Numbered from the stretch's first letter, positions 36,456 to 46,569 are shown. The stretch: 64,000 bases of DNA from an uncultured Saprospiraceae bacterium (GCA_963793295.1 CAWBZX010000031.1:45-64044), one strand, 5' to 3'. Made by a program: numbers and translations. The notes: generated by a model from the sequence alone, not told the origin.

Positions 36456-39400
36456 TTATAGCCTCGTAACTTTAATTTTTTCACAAAAGGTAGTATCTCC
36501 AATTTCAATCTTCACAAAGTAAATTCCAGCGCTCCAATTGGAAACATCTACTTTTTGATGGGTGTTAGGATCAGAAAACTCAGTCATTAACTGGCCCAGG
36601 GTGTTATAAATCTTGATGCTTTGCATCAACTCGGTTCCATTATAATTAATGTTCAGAATATCATCTGTTGGATTTGGGAAGACCTCTAAATCTGATTCTA
36701 GTGGTGACACCGTACTTGTTGAGATTTCTACGATCTCTGTTGGAGTCCAAAGTGGCACAGGTAATTCATTGAAAGTGATGGCTTTGACATTTTTGATTTT
36801 CACTTCAACTTCTGATTTGCCCAGAATATCGTCTATTATTCCAATGAAGTAACCAACTGTTCCCTGACCACCCACATTTTCCTGGTTGTTTCGGGTCAGT
36901 GCTACTTCGATGATACCATCGGGAGCAAATTTCTTGCTTAGTGTAATCAGATTTTGCCCATTTTCGCCAAGCCAGCTTGAACCAAGTTCAACGGTGACCT
37001 GCGATTCATCCATCATGTCTACATCGAATTCGATGGTGAAGGCCAAACCGTAAATCTCTTCAACCGGAATATTTAGCGTTCCGAGCACAATTGGAGCTTC
37101 GAAAGGTACATTGAGTTCTATTTCATTGGCACCTGGCAAATCAACAAAAAGTGAAGGATCATTTGGCGTGCCTTCAAGAGGAACGAAGATTGGCACCTGG
37201 CCGTGGGTCAATCCGTAGTTTTCAAGGATAGCAACCCGGTCGTCAATATTGACTGTTCCGTCACCATTACAATCCGCATGTTTGAAATTTGTTTCATTTA
37301 AAAACTCATCAGCCCAATTTTCGCCAGGCATTGCAAACCAATCGTTGTTGATCACATCTCGTGCAGGACCTTCGGTGTTGAATGCAATTCCTACGTTTAA
37401 TAAATCAAAATGGTTTGCAGTATTGTCATAGTTAGCATCGCCAGGCCATACATCTGTCAAAGGATCATCCACATTGAAACACACATTGTCTATTTGGAAC
37501 TCAATTCCACCGGTGAATATTGATTCAATATTACCTTCAAAAGTAGCAATACCTTCGTCAGGATTGTTTTCGTCTACATCAAAATGTACGGTTACATTTG
37601 GCGTTAAGGAAAATGAATAATCCTGGTCAGGTAAAACATAGGTTACTGGCTGTTGACCATTGGCCGAGATTGCGAATGGTACCCCACAATTATGATAATT
37701 GAATACTACAAGGGTTGGATTTTCGTCCAATTCATTGAAATCGAAACGCAATCCATTAAACATGAACATTCGGATGCCGCTGGCCATTTCAAATGGAGAA
37801 CAAATATCCTGGTTAGTAGCAAAAAGATAGTCGTAATTAAGATTACCCAAAGGATCCATTACCCCTTCAATTGTAACATATACTCCATTTTCAATTAAAA
37901 GCAGATCCCCTGCTTCACTATTTGGCCCACCATAATTAACGCCGTTGTAAAGGCTTTCAAACTGGATACAGGTATTGGCTCCTTCAAAACAGACCGGTGC
38001 TTCAATTTCAGTGAAATTCCAGCAATCATCAACCAACAAATCGACTACTATGAATTCCAGGACTTGCCCGTTTGCTTCAAATGGTCCTAAAGTTATCGGC
38101 AAATTGTTATAATCAAATTCACCATAATTATTGCCATTGCCAAACACCTGGAATCCTTCATCACTGACATCCTGATAATCAAAATCAAGAATCACATAAA
38201 ATTCTCCATTTTCGCATTCTGTTGTTTCGGCATTTATTTCACCAATAATACATCCGGTATTGTAGCAATCAGGTATTTCAATTATAACTGCATCTCCACA
38301 AACATCATTTTCCTGATCAAATACTGCGAATGGAAGTATAATTCCTCCTGCACAATCTACTTCGTTGTTTGGAATTTGGATGATATAACTGTTTTGTCCA
38401 TATTCGAATGTTGCTAAATAATTGCAAGCAAGTACTTCAAAATGATCGCTTACTCCTGAATATTCAAAAGTGAATTCAACAAAAAGGTCGTCTCCATCAC
38501 AGAATGCCTCTGTAACCAAGTCGTAAATATGACAGGCTTCTTCACAATCTAATGCCTCGAATTCAGTGGTTGCGCAACAGTTAGGCATGTCGTTGATGCA
38601 AACTGTAATCACATCGAAGTCATTGCCGCTTGGTACAAAATGTTGAATAACAACTGGAAGCTCGTTCAAAGCAAAAAAACCGATTGGTTGATTGTTCGCA
38701 TCAAAGACCTCGAAGAAATCATTGCCAGGATTCTGGTATTGGAAATTAATTGCAATGCTGTAAGTTCCATCATCATTACACTCCAACGGATCAACGACTA
38801 ACTCGGTGATGTTGCAATCATTGTTTCCACAGTTTGGTGCTTCGAGAACGACCTCCGCATGACAGCTTTCATCCTGCTGATCGAAAACGACAAATTCTAA
38901 AAGCTGTCCATTACCATCAAATGGTCCAAGCGTAATATAAAGGTCAGCGTAAGCAAAAGTTCCATAGTTGTTTCCATTACCATGGACTTCAAAAGAATCG
39001 CTGGTATTTTGATAATTAAAATCAATATCAACAAGGAATTGGTTATTGTCATCGCAGTCATAAGCTTCAGCGATCAAATCCCAGATTTCGCAATTATTAG
39101 TTGGACAATCGAGTGCTTCAAACTCTGTAGTTGCGCAGCAGTTAGGCATATCGTTGATGCAGACGGTGATTACATCAAAGTTATTTCCGCTTGGGACGAA
39201 GTTATGATGAGTGACTGGCAATTCATTGAGAGCGTAGAATCCAATATTATTACCATTTCCATCAAAAAGGTCAAAGAAATCATTTCCAGGATTTTGATAT
39301 TGGAAATTGATAACAATATTGTAAGTACCATCGTCATTACAATCCAGCGGATCAACGACTAACTCAGTGATGTTGCAATCATTGTTTCCACAGTTAGGTG

Positions 39401-42365
39401 CTTCGAGAACGACCTCCGCATGACAGCTTTCATCCTGTTGATCGAAAACGACAAATTCTAAAAGCTGTCCATTACCATCAAAAGGCCCAAGCGTAATATA
39501 AAGGTCAGCGTAAGCAAAAGTGCCATAATTGTTTCCATTACCATGGACTTCAAAAGAATCGCTGGTATTTTGATAATTAAAATCAATATCAACAAGGAAT
39601 TGGTTATTGTCATCGCAGTCATAAGCTTCAGCGACCAAATCCCAGATTTCACAATTATTAGTTGGACAATCAAGTGCTTCAAATTCAGCAGTTGCGCAGC
39701 AGTTAGGCATATCGTTGATGCAGACGGTGATTACATCAAAGTTGTTTCCGCTTGGGACGAAGTGTTCGTAAGTGATGGGCAGGTCATTGAGAGCATAAAA
39801 TCCAAGGAAATTGCCGTTCCCATCAAAAAGGTCAAAGAAATCATTTCCAGGATTTTGATATTGGAAATTTATAACAATATTATAAGTCCCATCGTCATTA
39901 CAATCCAGCGGATCAACGACTAACTCAGTGATGTTGCAATCATTGTTTCCACAGTTTGGTGCTTCGAGAACGACCTCCGCATGACAGCTTTCATCCTGTT
40001 GATCGAAAACGACAAATTCTAAAAGCTGTCCATTACCATCAAACGGTCCGAGCGTAATAAAAAGATCAGCGTAAGCAAAAGTGCCATAGTTGTTTCCATT
40101 ACCATGGACTTCAAAAGAATCGCTGGTATTTTGATAATTAAAATCAATATCAACAAGGAATTGGTTATTGTCATCGCAGTCATAAGCTTCAGCGATTAAA
40201 TCCCAGATTTCGCAATTATTAGTTGGACAATCGAGTGCTTCAAATTCAGTGGTTGCACAGCAGTTAGGCATATCATTGATGCAAACCGTAATGACATCAA
40301 AATTATTTCCGCTTGGGACAAAGTTATGATGAGTGACCGGCAATTCATTGAGTGCGTAGAATCCAATATTATTACCATTTCCATCAAAAAGGTCAAAGAA
40401 ATCATTTCCAGGATTTTGATATTGGAAATTGATGACAATATTATAAGTACCATCGTCATTGCAATCCAGTGGATCGACTACCAGATCAAAGATATCGCAA
40501 TCGTTATTTCCGCAATTCGGTGCTTCGATGACAACTTCAGCATTGCAACCGTCAATAAGCTGATCATGAATATTGAATTCTAAGGTTTGTCCATTTCCGT
40601 TAAATGGCCCAAGCGTTATAAAAAGATCATCATAAGCGAAAGTCCCGTAGTTATTTCCGTTTCCAACAACAACAAAAGAATCGCTGGAACTTTGAAAGTT
40701 AAAATCTATATCGACAAAGAAAACTTCATTTGGAGTGCAATCACTGGCTTCAGCGACCAGATCCCAAATCTCACAATTGTTTACGGGACAGTTTGGTGCT
40801 TCAAATACTAATTCAGTGTTGCAATTATCATCCTGTTGATCGAAGATGAAAAATTCTAAGGTTTGTCCATTTCCTTCAAAAGGTCCAAGGGTGATGAAAA
40901 GATCAGCGAAGGCAAAGGTTCCATAATTATTTCCATTGCCAAGTACAACAAAGGAATCGCTGGTATTTTCAAAATTAAAATCTACATCGAGAAGGAACTG
41001 GTCATTATCATCACAATCATGTGCTTCCGCAACAACGTTCCAAATTTCGCAGTCAAGCCCTGGACAATACGGCGCTTCGATAACAACTTCAGCGGCACAA
41101 CCATCATTTTGTTGGTCAAAGACGACAAATTCTAAAGATTGACCATTACCTTCAAATGGACCAATCGTTATGACGAGGTCAGCGTAAGCAAAGGTTCCAT
41201 AGTTGTTTCCATTACCATGGACTTCAAAGGAATCGCTGGTATTTTCATAATTGAAATCAATATCTACGAGGAAAAATTCACCATCGCAATCATGTGCTTC
41301 AGCGACTAAACCCCAGATTTCGCAATCAATTCCCGGGCAATAAGGTGCTTCGATAACAACATCAGCGGCACAACCATCATTTTGTTGGTCAAAGACGACA
41401 AATTCTAAAGATTGACCATTACCTTCAAATGGACCAATCGTTATGACGAGGTCAGCGTAAGCAAAGGTTCCATAGTTGTTTCCATTACCATGGACTTCAA
41501 AGGAATCGCTGGTGTTTTCATAATTGAAATCAATATCTACGAGGAAAAACTCGCCATCGCAACTATGCGCTTCAGCAACCAAATCCCATATTTCACAAAT
41601 ATTTACATCACATTGTATCGGGTCGATTACTGTGAAATCTGAACAATTGGGATTGGCCAGATCAGTAACAACAAATTCGTAAATGGTGATTCCATCTCCA
41701 ACTAAGGGTCCAATTGTAACAGGAAGATCATTGTAATCAAAATCACCATAATCAGTGCCATTGCCATGAATGGAAAAAAGATCACCTGTGTTTTCATAAT
41801 CAAAATTAATCGTCACCCAAAAAAGCATCCCGTCACAAGGCCCCGGATCTGCAACTACATTTGAAATTTGACATTGCGGAGTCGGACAGTCTAGTGCAAG
41901 AAATTCTTCAGTTGCACAACAGTTTGGCATGTCATTGATGCAAACCGTGATGACATCAAAATCATTTCCGCTAGGAACAAAGTTTTCGTGGATTATTGGA
42001 AGATCGGCTAATGCATAAAAGCCAATATTATTACCACTTCCATCAAAAAGGTCAAAGAAATCGTTTCCAGGGTTTTCATAATTAAAATTGATGAAAATAT
42101 TGTAAGTCCCATCATTATTGCAATCTTGCGGATCTACGACCAATTCTATTATAGCACAGTCACCTTGCACATCACAGAAAACCGGATCGATGACTGTAAA
42201 TTCACTGCAATTGGGGTCAAGATTATCGGTTACCACAAATTCATAAATAGTAATTCCGTCTCCTTCAAGCGGACCGACTGTAATTGGCAATTCATTATAA
42301 TTGAAAGTGCCATAGTCATTTCCGTTACCAGCAACCGTAAAGAGATCGCTTGGATCTCCTGCCAC
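36456..42365 (-). CDS. Giant secreted Cys-rich tandem-module protein with dockerin-like, cohesin-like and T9SS type A C-terminal sorting domains
   Basis: 16 modules of 91-95 aa in two alternating types. Dockerin-like GDANYDNTANHFDLL...DCNGDGTVNIDDRVAILENYG. Cohesin-like LGTLNIPVEEIYGLAFTIEFD. CTD VFPNPTDDILNINYNG...GIYFVKIEIGDTTFCEKIKVTRL. The reading frame actually stays open upstream to 42521, and the called GTG start has no signal peptide. Confidence 0.85.
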   Translation of the reverse strand: MAGDPSDLFTVAGNGNDYGTFNYNELPITVGPLEGDGITIYEFVVTDNLDPNCSEFTVIDPVFCDVQGDCAIIELVVDPQDCNNDGTYNIFINFNYENPGNDFFDLFDGSGNNIGFYALADLPIIHENFVPSGNDFDVITVCINDMPNCCATEEFLALDCPTPQCQISNVVADPGPCDGMLFWVTINFDYENTGDLFSIHGNGTDYGDFDYNDLPVTIGPLVGDGITIYEFVVTDLANPNCSDFTVIDPIQCDVNICEIWDLVAEAHSCDGEFFLVDIDFNYENTSDSFEVHGNGNNYGTFAYADLVITIGPFEGNGQSLEFVVFDQQNDGCAADVVIEAPYCPGIDCEIWGLVAEAHDCDGEFFLVDIDFNYENTSDSFEVHGNGNNYGTFAYADLVITIGPFEGNGQSLEFVVFDQQNDGCAAEVVIEAPYCPGLDCEIWNVVAEAHDCDDNDQFLLDVDFNFENTSDSFVVLGNGNNYGTFAFADLFITLGPFEGNGQTLEFFIFDQQDDNCNTELVFEAPNCPVNNCEIWDLVAEASDCTPNEVFFVDIDFNFQSSSDSFVVVGNGNNYGTFAYDDLFITLGPFNGNGQTLEFNIHDQLIDGCNAEVVIEAPNCGNNDCDIFDLVVDPLDCNDDGTYNIVINFQYQNPGNDFFDLFDGNGNNIGFYALNELPVTHHNFVPSGNNFDVITVCINDMPNCCATTEFEALDCPTNNCEIWDLIAEAYDCDDNNQFLVDIDFNYQNTSDSFEVHGNGNNYGTFAYADLFITLGPFDGNGQLLEFVVFDQQDESCHAEVVLEAPNCGNNDCNITELVVDPLDCNDDGTYNIVINFQYQNPGNDFFDLFDGNGNFLGFYALNDLPITYEHFVPSGNNFDVITVCINDMPNCCATAEFEALDCPTNNCEIWDLVAEAYDCDDNNQFLVDIDFNYQNTSDSFEVHGNGNNYGTFAYADLYITLGPFDGNGQLLEFVVFDQQDESCHAEVVLEAPNCGNNDCNITELVVDPLDCNDDGTYNIVINFQYQNPGNDFFDLFDGNGNNIGFYALNELPVTHHNFVPSGNNFDVITVCINDMPNCCATTEFEALDCPTNNCEIWDLIAEAYDCDDNNQFLVDIDFNYQNTSDSFEVHGNGNNYGTFAYADLYITLGPFDGNGQLLEFVVFDQQDESCHAEVVLEAPNCGNNDCNITELVVDPLECNDDGTYSIAINFQYQNPGNDFFEVFDANNQPIGFFALNELPVVIQHFVPSGNDFDVITVCINDMPNCCATTEFEALDCEEACHIYDLVTEAFCDGDDLFVEFTFEYSGVSDHFEVLACNYLATFEYGQNSYIIQIPNNEVDCAGGIILPFAVFDQENDVCGDAVIIEIPDCYNTGCIIGEINAETTECENGEFYVILDFDYQDVSDEGFQVFGNGNNYGEFDYNNLPITLGPFEANGQVLEFIVVDLLVDDCWNFTEIEAPVCFEGANTCIQFESLYNGVNYGGPNSEAGDLLLIENGVYVTIEGVMDPLGNLNYDYLFATNQDICSPFEMASGIRMFMFNGLRFDFNELDENPTLVVFNYHNCGVPFAISANGQQPVTYVLPDQDYSFSLTPNVTVHFDVDENNPDEGIATFEGNIESIFTGGIEFQIDNVCFNVDDPLTDVWPGDANYDNTANHFDLLNVGIAFNTEGPARDVINNDWFAMPGENWADEFLNETNFKHADCNGDGTVNIDDRVAILENYGLTHGQVPIFVPLEGTPNDPSLFVDLPGANEIELNVPFEAPIVLGTLNIPVEEIYGLAFTIEFDVDMMDESQVTVELGSSWLGENGQNLITLSKKFAPDGIIEVALTRNNQENVGGQGTVGYFIGIIDDILGKSEVEVKIKNVKAITFNELPVPLWTPTEIVEISTSTVSPLESDLEVFPNPTDDILNINYNGTELMQSIKIYNTLGQLMTEFSDPNTHQKVDVSNWSAGIYFVKIEIGDTTFCEKIKVTRL
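38532..40499. repeat. About 3.5 near-identical tandem copies of a 561-bp unit (type A + type B modules) inside the giant gene
   Basis: Protein residues 623-1278 repeat with a 187-aa period. Plus-strand shadow ORFs at 38982..39362 and 39543..39923 are near-identical and offset by 561 bp. Confidence 0.9.
41052..41597. repeat. Two near-identical tandem copies of a 273-bp unit (type A module) inside the giant gene
   Basis: Residues 257-347 and 348-438 differ at only a few positions. The DNA string CCATCATTTTGTTGGTCAAAGACGACAAATTCTAAAG recurs at 41101 and 41374. Confidence 0.9.
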
Positions 42366-42480
42366 ATCAAAATTGATTTCTACGAAAAAAACACCATTAG
42401 GCGTACATGGCTGAGGCGTGGCGGTTAAGCCGAAAATTTCACAAGCTATTGAGGCTTCTTCGTGGAGGATTTTCGTTGTG

Positions 42481-42564
42481 TTAGCATCTGAAGAAGTATA
42501 ACAATACTGATAAACAGATGGTTATGAATGTAATTAGAGCGGCTTTTATTGAAACTGTATTCAT
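42481..42564 (-). other. Out-of-frame signal-peptide-like mini-ORF at the 5' end of the giant gene (apparent frameshift)
   Basis: ATG at 42564 gives MNTVSIKAALITFITICLSVLLYFFRC then a stop. It overlaps the upstream open part of the main frame (stop at 42522..42524, open from 42521) in a frame offset by one nucleotide. Confidence 0.6.
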
Positions 42565-42673
42565 GGTAAAATATGTTTTCCCGGTTAGAAACTTTCTACG
42601 TTACAAATATGCTCAGTAACTAATCAAATAAAAAACACAATTGCGCTTGTTTTTTGATTTTTTTATCTCTATA

Positions 42674-42733
42674 TTTAAAATATTGAATTTTATAAAACCA
42701 TGTAATTCAATGATTTAGATTCAATATTTTAAA
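42674..42733. promoter_or_regulatory. 15-bp inverted repeat in the divergent intergenic region
   Basis: TTTAAAATATTGAAT (42674..42688) and ATTCAATATTTTAAA (42719..42733) are perfect reverse complements. They lie between the giant gene and the 488-aa gene. Confidence 0.4.
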
Positions 42734-42754
42734 ATAAAAAATTGAAAAAAAATA

Positions 42755-44221
42755 GTGTTACGTAATAATTTAATTAGAATATTAAATTCTTTTTCAAGAA
42801 AAGAGATGACACGCTTTGTTGAATTTTCGCGGTCTCCTTACTTTAATAAACATCAGGAGGTGGGAATGCTAATTGATTATTTGAACAAATCTTATCCAGA
42901 CTTTAATAGTCAGAATTGTCAACGCAAGGTTATATACAAATCACTTTTTCCGCAGCAAAAACACAACCAAAGCCATTTGGCGCTTTTGTTCACATATTCG
43001 ATAAGATTGCTGGACAAGTTTCTGATTCAAGAGCAATTTAAAGAAAATATCGCTTATCATAAAGTTTTATTGCTTAGGAATTTACGGCAAAGGAAGCAAT
43101 ATAAGTATTATGAAAAAACAATGATGAGCCTGGAAAATGAATTAGAAACCAGTCAGTATAAAAATAGTACGCATTATAATTTGCGATTTTTAAAAGCATC
43201 TGAATCTGATGCTTATTTTACGCAGCGCTCAAAACATGAAAATGACGATAGCATACAACTGAAGCAAAATAACCTGGACAATTATTATCTCGCCGAAAAA
43301 TTAAGAGATGCCTGCGAGATGATCGTTCGAAGTAATATTCTGAAAGTAAATTATTCTACGGGTTTATTGGAATCTGTTCTATCTGAAGTGCGAAGGAATA
43401 TAAAATATTATGAAACCATTCCTTCAATAAGTGTATATTTTCATATTTATCAAATGATTGTGAAAACGGGACATGCATATTATTTTGAAGCCCTTCCTGT
43501 ATTACAAAAATACAGTTCCTTTTTTCCGTATGAAGAACTCCAAAATATCTATAACTACTTACAAAACTATTGTATTGAACAAATCAACAAAGGGGAAAGC
43601 CAGTTTTTGAAGGAGACGTTTAATTTGTTTAAAGACCAGTTAGATAAAGAACTATTGATGGACGAAAACGGCTTCCTCGATCAATGGCATTATAAAAATA
43701 TCGTCACAACAGCGATTCGACTGAAGGAAATGGAATGGGCGAAGCAGTTTATAGAAAATTATAAAGAACGTCTTCATCCTGAAGTGGTTGAAAATGCTTA
43801 CACTTACAATCTGGCTTCCTATTATTACAGTACCAAACAATTTGGTCAGGTACTCGATCTCCTTGTAAAAGTAGAATATACAGATATTCAGTATAATCTG
43901 GGTGCAAAATCTCTTTTGCTGCGAACCTATTATGATCTGGAAGAAAATGAAGCTTTACTTTCTCTTACTCGTTCGTTTAAGCAATATCTCAATCGTAATC
44001 GGTTGATTCCCGAAACGAGAAGGCAGGGGATGTCAAATCTTATTCGGTTTACGAACCGGGCTTGTTCAATTAAAGCGAATATCGGATTTGATTCAAAAAC
44101 AAAAAGTCAAAAAGAATTGAAAAAATTAATGGAAGAGATTCAGTCAAAAGATCCAATCATCAATCAGGATTGGCTTGATAGTAAGATAGAAGAGTTGAAA
44201 CGCTTAATATTTAAAAATTGA
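42755..44221 (+). CDS. Hypothetical all-helical (TPR-like?) protein
   Basis: 488-aa ORF with a GTG start, divergent from the giant gene. No family recognised. Confidence 0.5.
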   Translation: MLRNNLIRILNSFSRKEMTRFVEFSRSPYFNKHQEVGMLIDYLNKSYPDFNSQNCQRKVIYKSLFPQQKHNQSHLALLFTYSIRLLDKFLIQEQFKENIAYHKVLLLRNLRQRKQYKYYEKTMMSLENELETSQYKNSTHYNLRFLKASESDAYFTQRSKHENDDSIQLKQNNLDNYYLAEKLRDACEMIVRSNILKVNYSTGLLESVLSEVRRNIKYYETIPSISVYFHIYQMIVKTGHAYYFEALPVLQKYSSFFPYEELQNIYNYLQNYCIEQINKGESQFLKETFNLFKDQLDKELLMDENGFLDQWHYKNIVTTAIRLKEMEWAKQFIENYKERLHPEVVENAYTYNLASYYYSTKQFGQVLDLLVKVEYTDIQYNLGAKSLLLRTYYDLEENEALLSLTRSFKQYLNRNRLIPETRRQGMSNLIRFTNRACSIKANIGFDSKTKSQKELKKLMEEIQSKDPIINQDWLDSKIEELKRLIFKN

Positions 44222-44348
44222 ATTAAAACAAACCGTTAAGGAGCGGCGTGAATTTAACAAGGATTTAATACTTTTGCCCATCGCAATAATTTTCATCTAT
44301 ACGTTTAAGTTTTAACTTTGTTTTTTTAATCACATAAAAATATAAACT

Positions 44349-44936
44349 ATGAAAATTCGATTTTTATTACTAGCCCTTTCTGTAATTCTTATCGCATCTT
44401 GTAAAAAAGATGACCCAATTCCTGATGGCGAGGCAACTTTGAAATATGATGGAAATAACAACTCTGGTCCTGAACTTGAGGCGGGATACCATGAACTTGC
44501 GGTTTATTTTCCTTCAGGTACGATGTCGGCTTATAAAGACTGGAAACTTTCGGAAGTCACCTGGTTTAGCGGAGGTGTTGATCCAAATGTTTCTAACGAT
44601 TCTTGCGCTGTTAAAATATATGGCGCTGGAAATTCTTCAACTGAACCGGGAGCTTTATTGTATGAAGTTGATGTCACCGGAACCTTAATTGCCAATACAG
44701 ATGGGCAATGGCGGATACATCTCTTGCCTACTCCTTTGACTGTTTCTGGTGATGGCATTTGGATAAGCCTTGCAATTCGTCAGGACAGCAAAAGACAATT
44801 TATTGGTTGTGATGCCGGGCCTAATGTAGCCAATGGCGATTGGTTATTTCAGGATGCTGATAATCAATGGAAGACTTATGTCGAACGAACTACAGAAAGC
44901 GTAAATTGGAACATCAGAGCAAAAGTTGAACAGTAA
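44349..44936 (+). CDS. Hypothetical lipoprotein
   Basis: Lipobox VILIASC. 195 aa. A TAACTTTG (TAnnTTTG) box lies at 44313..44320. Confidence 0.55.
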   Translation: MKIRFLLLALSVILIASCKKDDPIPDGEATLKYDGNNNSGPELEAGYHELAVYFPSGTMSAYKDWKLSEVTWFSGGVDPNVSNDSCAVKIYGAGNSSTEPGALLYEVDVTGTLIANTDGQWRIHLLPTPLTVSGDGIWISLAIRQDSKRQFIGCDAGPNVANGDWLFQDADNQWKTYVERTTESVNWNIRAKVEQ

Positions 44937-45019
44937 CCCAGATAAAATAATTGAAATAAAAAAGCCTGCTATTCATTTGAATAGCAGGCTTTTTTATTAA
45001 TACAAACTTTATAAATCGA

Positions 45020-45907
45020 CTATGATTTCGAGCTCCATTCAGCCAATTTAGCTTCGATTTTAGCTTTGGATTCTGTGTAATAATTGTCTTCTTCAGAAGC
45101 TTCATCCAATGCAATACACTTCGCGACGCTTTGAACAGCACTTTTGTAATCCCCGTTAGCTGCTTCCGCTTCCGCTCGGATAAACCAATTCCAGCCGTGA
45201 CTGTATAAATCAGTGGAAGCTTTGGCCCATTTTAGTGCTATTTCTGGCTTTTCGTTTACACTTAAAAGCAAATCAGCTCCCTCGGCATAATAAGACCAAT
45301 GACGCTTTTGTTGGGTTGTATCAGCTACAGCAGCTTCTACATTTGCTATGGTCTGATCCAAATAATCTACGCTGAACCGGATAAACAGACGAGCCTTTTC
45401 CCATCCAATACGGATATACCCTTTATCCATTCCTTGAGCAACAATACCGTAGGTCAACAGTTTTTCACTCGATTTCTTAAACTTAGGGCTTATGGTTATC
45501 CGCAAGGCGTCTTGAGTTTCATCATAATCGTAAGCACCCCATTGATCAGCTATTTTATTGAAGATCAACGTCCAATCACCTTCTGCTTTTGGAATAATAA
45601 AAAAGGAATACTTTCCAGCGGGTATTTCTTGATTTTCTATCAATAGGTCGGTACTAAATTCCATAGTAGTCGCTTCATTAGCACCTGCACGCCAAACTTT
45701 ATCGTAAGGTACTAAAGCGCCCCAGATTTCCCGGTCATTAACAGATGGACTTCCATAATTGATGGTAATGTCGGTCAAGCCAATTGTGTAAGAAGTACTG
45801 GCTTTAGGACTTTTACGCGGTAAATTTAATTGGCTGAATGCTGAAAATGTAAAACTTGTTAAGACAAATAAGGTTAGCATTGATTTTAAAGAGAATACAA
45901 ATTTCAT
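45020..45907 (-). CDS. DUF2911 domain protein with C-terminal TPR-like region
   Basis: Signal peptide. GLTDITINYGSPSVNDREIWGALVPYDKVWRAGANEATTMEF...IPAGKYSFFIIP matches what I recall of the DUF2911 pattern. Confidence 0.7.
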   Translation of the reverse strand: MKFVFSLKSMLTLFVLTSFTFSAFSQLNLPRKSPKASTSYTIGLTDITINYGSPSVNDREIWGALVPYDKVWRAGANEATTMEFSTDLLIENQEIPAGKYSFFIIPKAEGDWTLIFNKIADQWGAYDYDETQDALRITISPKFKKSSEKLLTYGIVAQGMDKGYIRIGWEKARLFIRFSVDYLDQTIANVEAAVADTTQQKRHWSYYAEGADLLLSVNEKPEIALKWAKASTDLYSHGWNWFIRAEAEAANGDYKSAVQSVAKCIALDEASEEDNYYTESKAKIEAKLAEWSSKS

Positions 45908-46077
45908 AATTAAAAATATTTTGATTTTAATAATTTACAAAGCCGCGAATATACACCTTTACTATCAAATGAAAAATCGTTTGAATGACTGTAAGTAGTT
46001 AAAAAATGTTAAAGAATTGAATTCACTTTAAAAGGGGGGGCTTGTCGCAGCTGGATCAAAAGTTAGAAACGTCTTTT

Positions 46078-46569
46078 TTAATCCATTTCTTCTCCCTTAA
46101 GTTGTTGCAAAGTGTGAAACAATTCGCCTTTGGAGATCAAACATCCATTTTCCATCATTTCGAACAATTCCAATTCTCTTTGCCTGGAAAATTGTTTTTC
46201 AGCTTGATAGAGTTTGAGTTGAGCAGAAGAATTCTTCAATTGCTGAAGCATTTTATTAGGGGTGGTTGGTTTAGTGAAATCCAGCGTTGAATGCCCTTCA
46301 ATAAACAATCCCATCATCACGATTTTGTCTTCCAAACAATGAAAGAGCTTCATATCATTTGGTGTTTTAAATTCAAGGTGTTCTATTTTTCTAAGGGTTC
46401 TTTCAAAAATCAAGTCGCTAAATACATCAATAAGATCGTTTGATTTGTTAGGGCTCTTTTCTTTCATTTTGACCCAATCATCACCAATTATGCTATTGCT
46501 GGCTAGAAACCTTATAAAATCCTGTTCCAGTTCCTCAAGTTCTTCAATAGTGAGCCGTCTGTATTTCAT
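46078..46569 (-). CDS. Hypothetical conserved protein
   Basis: 163-aa ORF with no motif recognised with certainty. Confidence 0.45.
   Translation of the reverse strand: MKYRRLTIEELEELEQDFIRFLASNSIIGDDWVKMKEKSPNKSNDLIDVFSDLIFERTLRKIEHLEFKTPNDMKLFHCLEDKIVMMGLFIEGHSTLDFTKPTTPNKMLQQLKNSSAQLKLYQAEKQFSRQRELELFEMMENGCLISKGELFHTLQQLKGEEMD

Noticed and set aside
38532-41597. Strongly periodic, near-identical DNA repeats (561-bp and 273-bp periods) that could be mistaken for a CRISPR array or satellite
   Set aside because: The repeats are far longer than CRISPR repeats and have no unique spacers. They lie entirely inside one long open reading frame, and their periods equal whole protein modules (187 and 91 aa). 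They are coding tandem duplications.
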